NCBI GenBank assembly: GCA_965221065.1
Contig: OZ244861.1
Span: forward strand, 2,867,956-2,931,955
DNA from: Dehalococcoidia bacterium
GTDB taxonomy: Bacteria > Chloroflexota > Dehalococcoidia > Bin125
Length of the DNA stretch: 64,000 nucleotides
Direction: 5' to 3'
Part shown: positions 61,616 to 64,000 of the stretch, piece by piece
How the letters are laid out: each line of letters starts with the position of its first letter
Numbering within the stretch: position 1 is the first letter of the stretch
Position numbers and translations under genes: made by a program
The notes under the pieces: model-generated
What the model was told of the DNA's origin: nothing
Seen by the model: the letters and a program-made list of their open reading frames with translations, nothing else
The model's database searches: none

Positions 61616-62146
61616 ATGACCACCGCAACCCAACCCGCTTTGATCCCCTCGACCGACGACGACGAGCGCCAGGCGCTGCTCAACGCCCTGCGCCGCAACT
61701 TCAGCCTCTTGAGCGAACTCGCCATCCGCTACGAGGTCGAGACCCGGCCCGAGCGACCCGAGGACATGCCGATCATCTACCGGCCCCGGACGGTCTACGA
61801 CCTGCTGGGCGAGGAGATGTCGCGCCTCGCCCAGGAACAGGTCCGCGTACTGCTGCTCGACCGCAAGAACCGCGTCGTCGGCCAGCGCACGATCTACCAG
61901 GGCAACGGCTACTGCGCCCTGGTGCGACCGGCCGAGGTCTTCCGCCCCGCCATCGTCGAAGCGGTCCCGCACATCGTCGTCGTCCACAACCATCCTTCGG
62001 GGGCGCCGGAACCGAGCCGCGACGACATCAGGTTGACCAAGGAACTGGCCGAAGTCGGCCGGCTGCTCGCGATCGAGCTGCTCGACCACGTCGTGATCGG
62101 CTCCGACGGCTGGGTCTCGCTCAAGGAACAGGGCCTCTTCGACTGA
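61616..62146 (+). CDS. radC: RadC-like JAB/MPN domain protein
   Basis: HIVVVHNHPSGAPEPSRDD is the JAMM motif (HxHPSG..S..D); 176 aa. Confidence 0.8.
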   Translation: MTTATQPALIPSTDDDERQALLNALRRNFSLLSELAIRYEVETRPERPEDMPIIYRPRTVYDLLGEEMSRLAQEQVRVLLLDRKNRVVGQRTIYQGNGYCALVRPAEVFRPAIVEAVPHIVVVHNHPSGAPEPSRDDIRLTKELAEVGRLLAIELLDHVVIGSDGWVSLKEQGLFD

Positions 62147-62192
62147 CCCCTGAACCCCGCTCACCTCCCGAATCAACCGAAAGGAACGAGCC

Positions 62193-62891
62193 ATGCTCGA
62201 CAGCCCAACCACGCCTCCTTCGGGAGACGACGAAGCCCCCGCATCAAGTGCGGGGCAGGCTCCCGCATCAAGCGAGGGGCCGACAACCCAGCTCTACACG
62301 ATCACGGCGGGCGGCTTCTCCGCCACCTGCGACGCGTTCGCCTCCGACCCCGAAGAGCACCACTTGTGGTTCGTCTCGATGGTCGGCGCCCAGACCTCGC
62401 TCAAGGCGATCTGGGCGGCGCTGCTCAACTCGCCGCCCCAACCCGCCTTCCTGATCAAGGGCGTAGCCGACGACGTGCACGAGGGCGGCTACGAACGCTG
62501 CCAGATTCCCGAGAGCAGCATCGGCACCTGGAAGACCAAGCTGGCCCGGCTGCCGCAAGCCGGCGCCTGGCAGGCGATGGTCTACACGCAGATGGCGGAG
62601 CTCTCGTTTGAGCGCGACGCCTTCCTCTTGCTCACGCCGGACGCGGGCGAGGCGCCGGCCCTGCACTGGCGCTTCCTCAACCAGCGCACCGAGCTGCCCT
62701 TGCACCGCAGCTGGGCCAGCTGGCTCTGGGAGCAGGGACTGGAGAGCGAAGCGATCCGCCCGCTCAAGGCCGAGGGCCTCCACGCCTGGTACTGCTACCA
62801 CGCCCCGGACCAGCTCGAAATCGAACTCTCGGCCGCGGTCAAGTACGGCGCGCTCGGGCTGCCGCGCGAGCTGAACGGAGCGGCGGCATGA
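62193..62891 (+). CDS. Hypothetical protein (232 aa)
   Basis: ATG with AAAGGAACGAG upstream; no recognisable domain. Confidence 0.45.
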   Translation: MLDSPTTPPSGDDEAPASSAGQAPASSEGPTTQLYTITAGGFSATCDAFASDPEEHHLWFVSMVGAQTSLKAIWAALLNSPPQPAFLIKGVADDVHEGGYERCQIPESSIGTWKTKLARLPQAGAWQAMVYTQMAELSFERDAFLLLTPDAGEAPALHWRFLNQRTELPLHRSWASWLWEQGLESEAIRPLKAEGLHAWYCYHAPDQLEIELSAAVKYGALGLPRELNGAAA

Positions 62892-63079
62892 GTCACCGAT
62901 TCGTCACCGTCACGGTCGAGACCCGCGCCGGAGAAGACGAGATCTGCGGAGAGGAGATCACCGCGATCTACAACTTCGACCTCGCCGAAGACGGACCTGA
63001 GATCGAAGGGCGCTTCCACGAGGACATCCACGACCACCTGCTCCACCTGCTGGAGCAGTACGGGGAGGAATCCGAGTGA
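62888..63079 (+). CDS. Hypothetical small acidic protein (63 aa)
   Basis: Overlaps the upstream stop (ATGA) and is overlapped by the next gene; highly acidic. Confidence 0.4.
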   Translation: MSHRFVTVTVETRAGEDEICGEEITAIYNFDLAEDGPEIEGRFHEDIHDHLLHLLEQYGEESE

Positions 63080-63261
63080 CCGAAGCACCCGACGACAACG
63101 AGATCATCGTCACGGTCCGCCTGGGCATAGACGAAACGGCCCGCTGGTGGCTCCAACCCCAGCAGTCCAGCTGGCAGATCGCCCAGATCGCGGAAGACCT
63201 CGAAGACCACCTACTCGACCTCGTTGAGGCCGACAACGAACGAAAGGACAACACCGAATGA
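63076..63261 (+). CDS. Hypothetical small acidic protein (61 aa)
   Basis: Translationally coupled chain (overlaps on both sides); acidic. Confidence 0.4.
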   Translation: MTEAPDDNEIIVTVRLGIDETARWWLQPQQSSWQIAQIAEDLEDHLLDLVEADNERKDNTE

Positions 63262-64000
63262 GACTCGCAGGCCAACTGAAGGGCGGGTTCTACCCCACGC
63301 CGCCGCGCGTGGTCGACTACGTGCGCAAGCTGCTCGCGCCCTACCCCACCTGGGGACGGGCCAACCGCGGCAACGTGATGCGCTTGCTCGACCCCTGCTG
63401 CGGCCCGGGCGACGCCCTGCGCCAGCTGGCGGACTCGATGGGGCGCAGCGTCCCGGTCGAGACCTACGGGGTCGAACTGCACGCGGAGCGCGCGCAGCAG
63501 GCGGCGGAACAGCTCGACCACGTGCTGTCGAGCGACCTCTTCCGCTGCTCCATAGCCAACCGCACGTTCAACCTGCTCTGGCTCAACCCGCCGTACGACC
63601 ACGACAAGGAGGACAAGCGGGTCGAGCACGCGTTCTTGACGCACTGTTCCAGGTACCTGGAGCCCCAGGGAGTGCTCGTGTTCATCATCCCGAGAGCGCA
63701 GATCGCGCGGTCGGCGCGCTTCCTGACCACCAACTACGGGGAGGTCCAGGCCTGGGCCTTCCCCGAACCCGAGGTCGAGCTGTTCGACCAGGTCGTCGTC
63801 CTGGGCGAGCGCAAGGAGCATCCCAGCCCCGACGCGCGGGCGATGAACGCGCTGCTTGGGGGCATCGACGATCTGTCGCCATTGCGCTCCGACCTTCGGC
63901 CCGCCTACGACGTGCGCCACTCGCCGCCCGGCGCGGCGATGTTCACGACCCGGGTGATCGACTTCGGGAAGGCGGTCGCCGAAGCCCGCGCGCGCGGCCT
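63258..64000 (+). CDS. DNA N6-adenine methyltransferase, gamma-class (partial; continues beyond the window)
   Basis: Motif I LLDPCCGPGDAL then motif IV WLNPPYD; open to the window end. Confidence 0.7.
   Translation, partial: MRLAGQLKGGFYPTPPRVVDYVRKLLAPYPTWGRANRGNVMRLLDPCCGPGDALRQLADSMGRSVPVETYGVELHAERAQQAAEQLDHVLSSDLFRCSIANRTFNLLWLNPPYDHDKEDKRVEHAFLTHCSRYLEPQGVLVFIIPRAQIARSARFLTTNYGEVQAWAFPEPEVELFDQVVVLGERKEHPSPDARAMNALLGGIDDLSPLRSDLRPAYDVRHSPPGAAMFTTRVIDFGKAVAEARARG

Overview
High-GC bacterial window. The 16S rRNA (31898..33400) looks Chloroflexi/Thermomicrobia-like by eye, but this is not database-verified. Housekeeping genes are well supported: rimM, KH protein, rpsP, ffh, gap, xerD, eno, uvrC, a four-tRNA cluster, yqgE, a TlpA-like oxidoreductase, tRNA-Val, a split methylmalonyl-CoA mutase cluster with meaB, ftsB, tilS, 16S and tRNA-Ile. 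Two accessory regions stand out. (1) Positions 1..9329 form an islet downstream of the tRNA-Ala(CGC) 3' end. Four same-orientation ~39-bp direct repeats (R1..R4) cut it into cargo modules. The modules hold a 1520-aa STAND-like P-loop NTPase, a small GTG-start gene, and a translationally coupled three-gene operon of unknown function with ATGA start/stop overlaps. (2) From tRNA-Ile (33641..33717) to the window end lies an integrated mobile element of at least 30 kb. A large serine recombinase ends antisense inside the tRNA. Next to it sits a defense-island-like block: a second giant STAND-like NTPase (1361 aa), an overlapping/frameshifted unknown pair, and a Type II-like R-M pair. Then come a conjugation-like module (FtsK/TraD-like ATPase, small membrane proteins), a VanW-like gene, a nuclease-like 440-aa protein with two tandem small CxxC paralogs, and a phage-like replication/recombination module (primase, Rad52-like SSAP, Cas4/YqaJ-like exonuclease, tandemly duplicated ssb with conserved upstream hairpins, radC, second MTase). 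The two nuclease-STAND-repeat giants and the unannotatable three-gene operon are the best candidates for undescribed defense biology. All functional calls are from manual motif reading without database searches.
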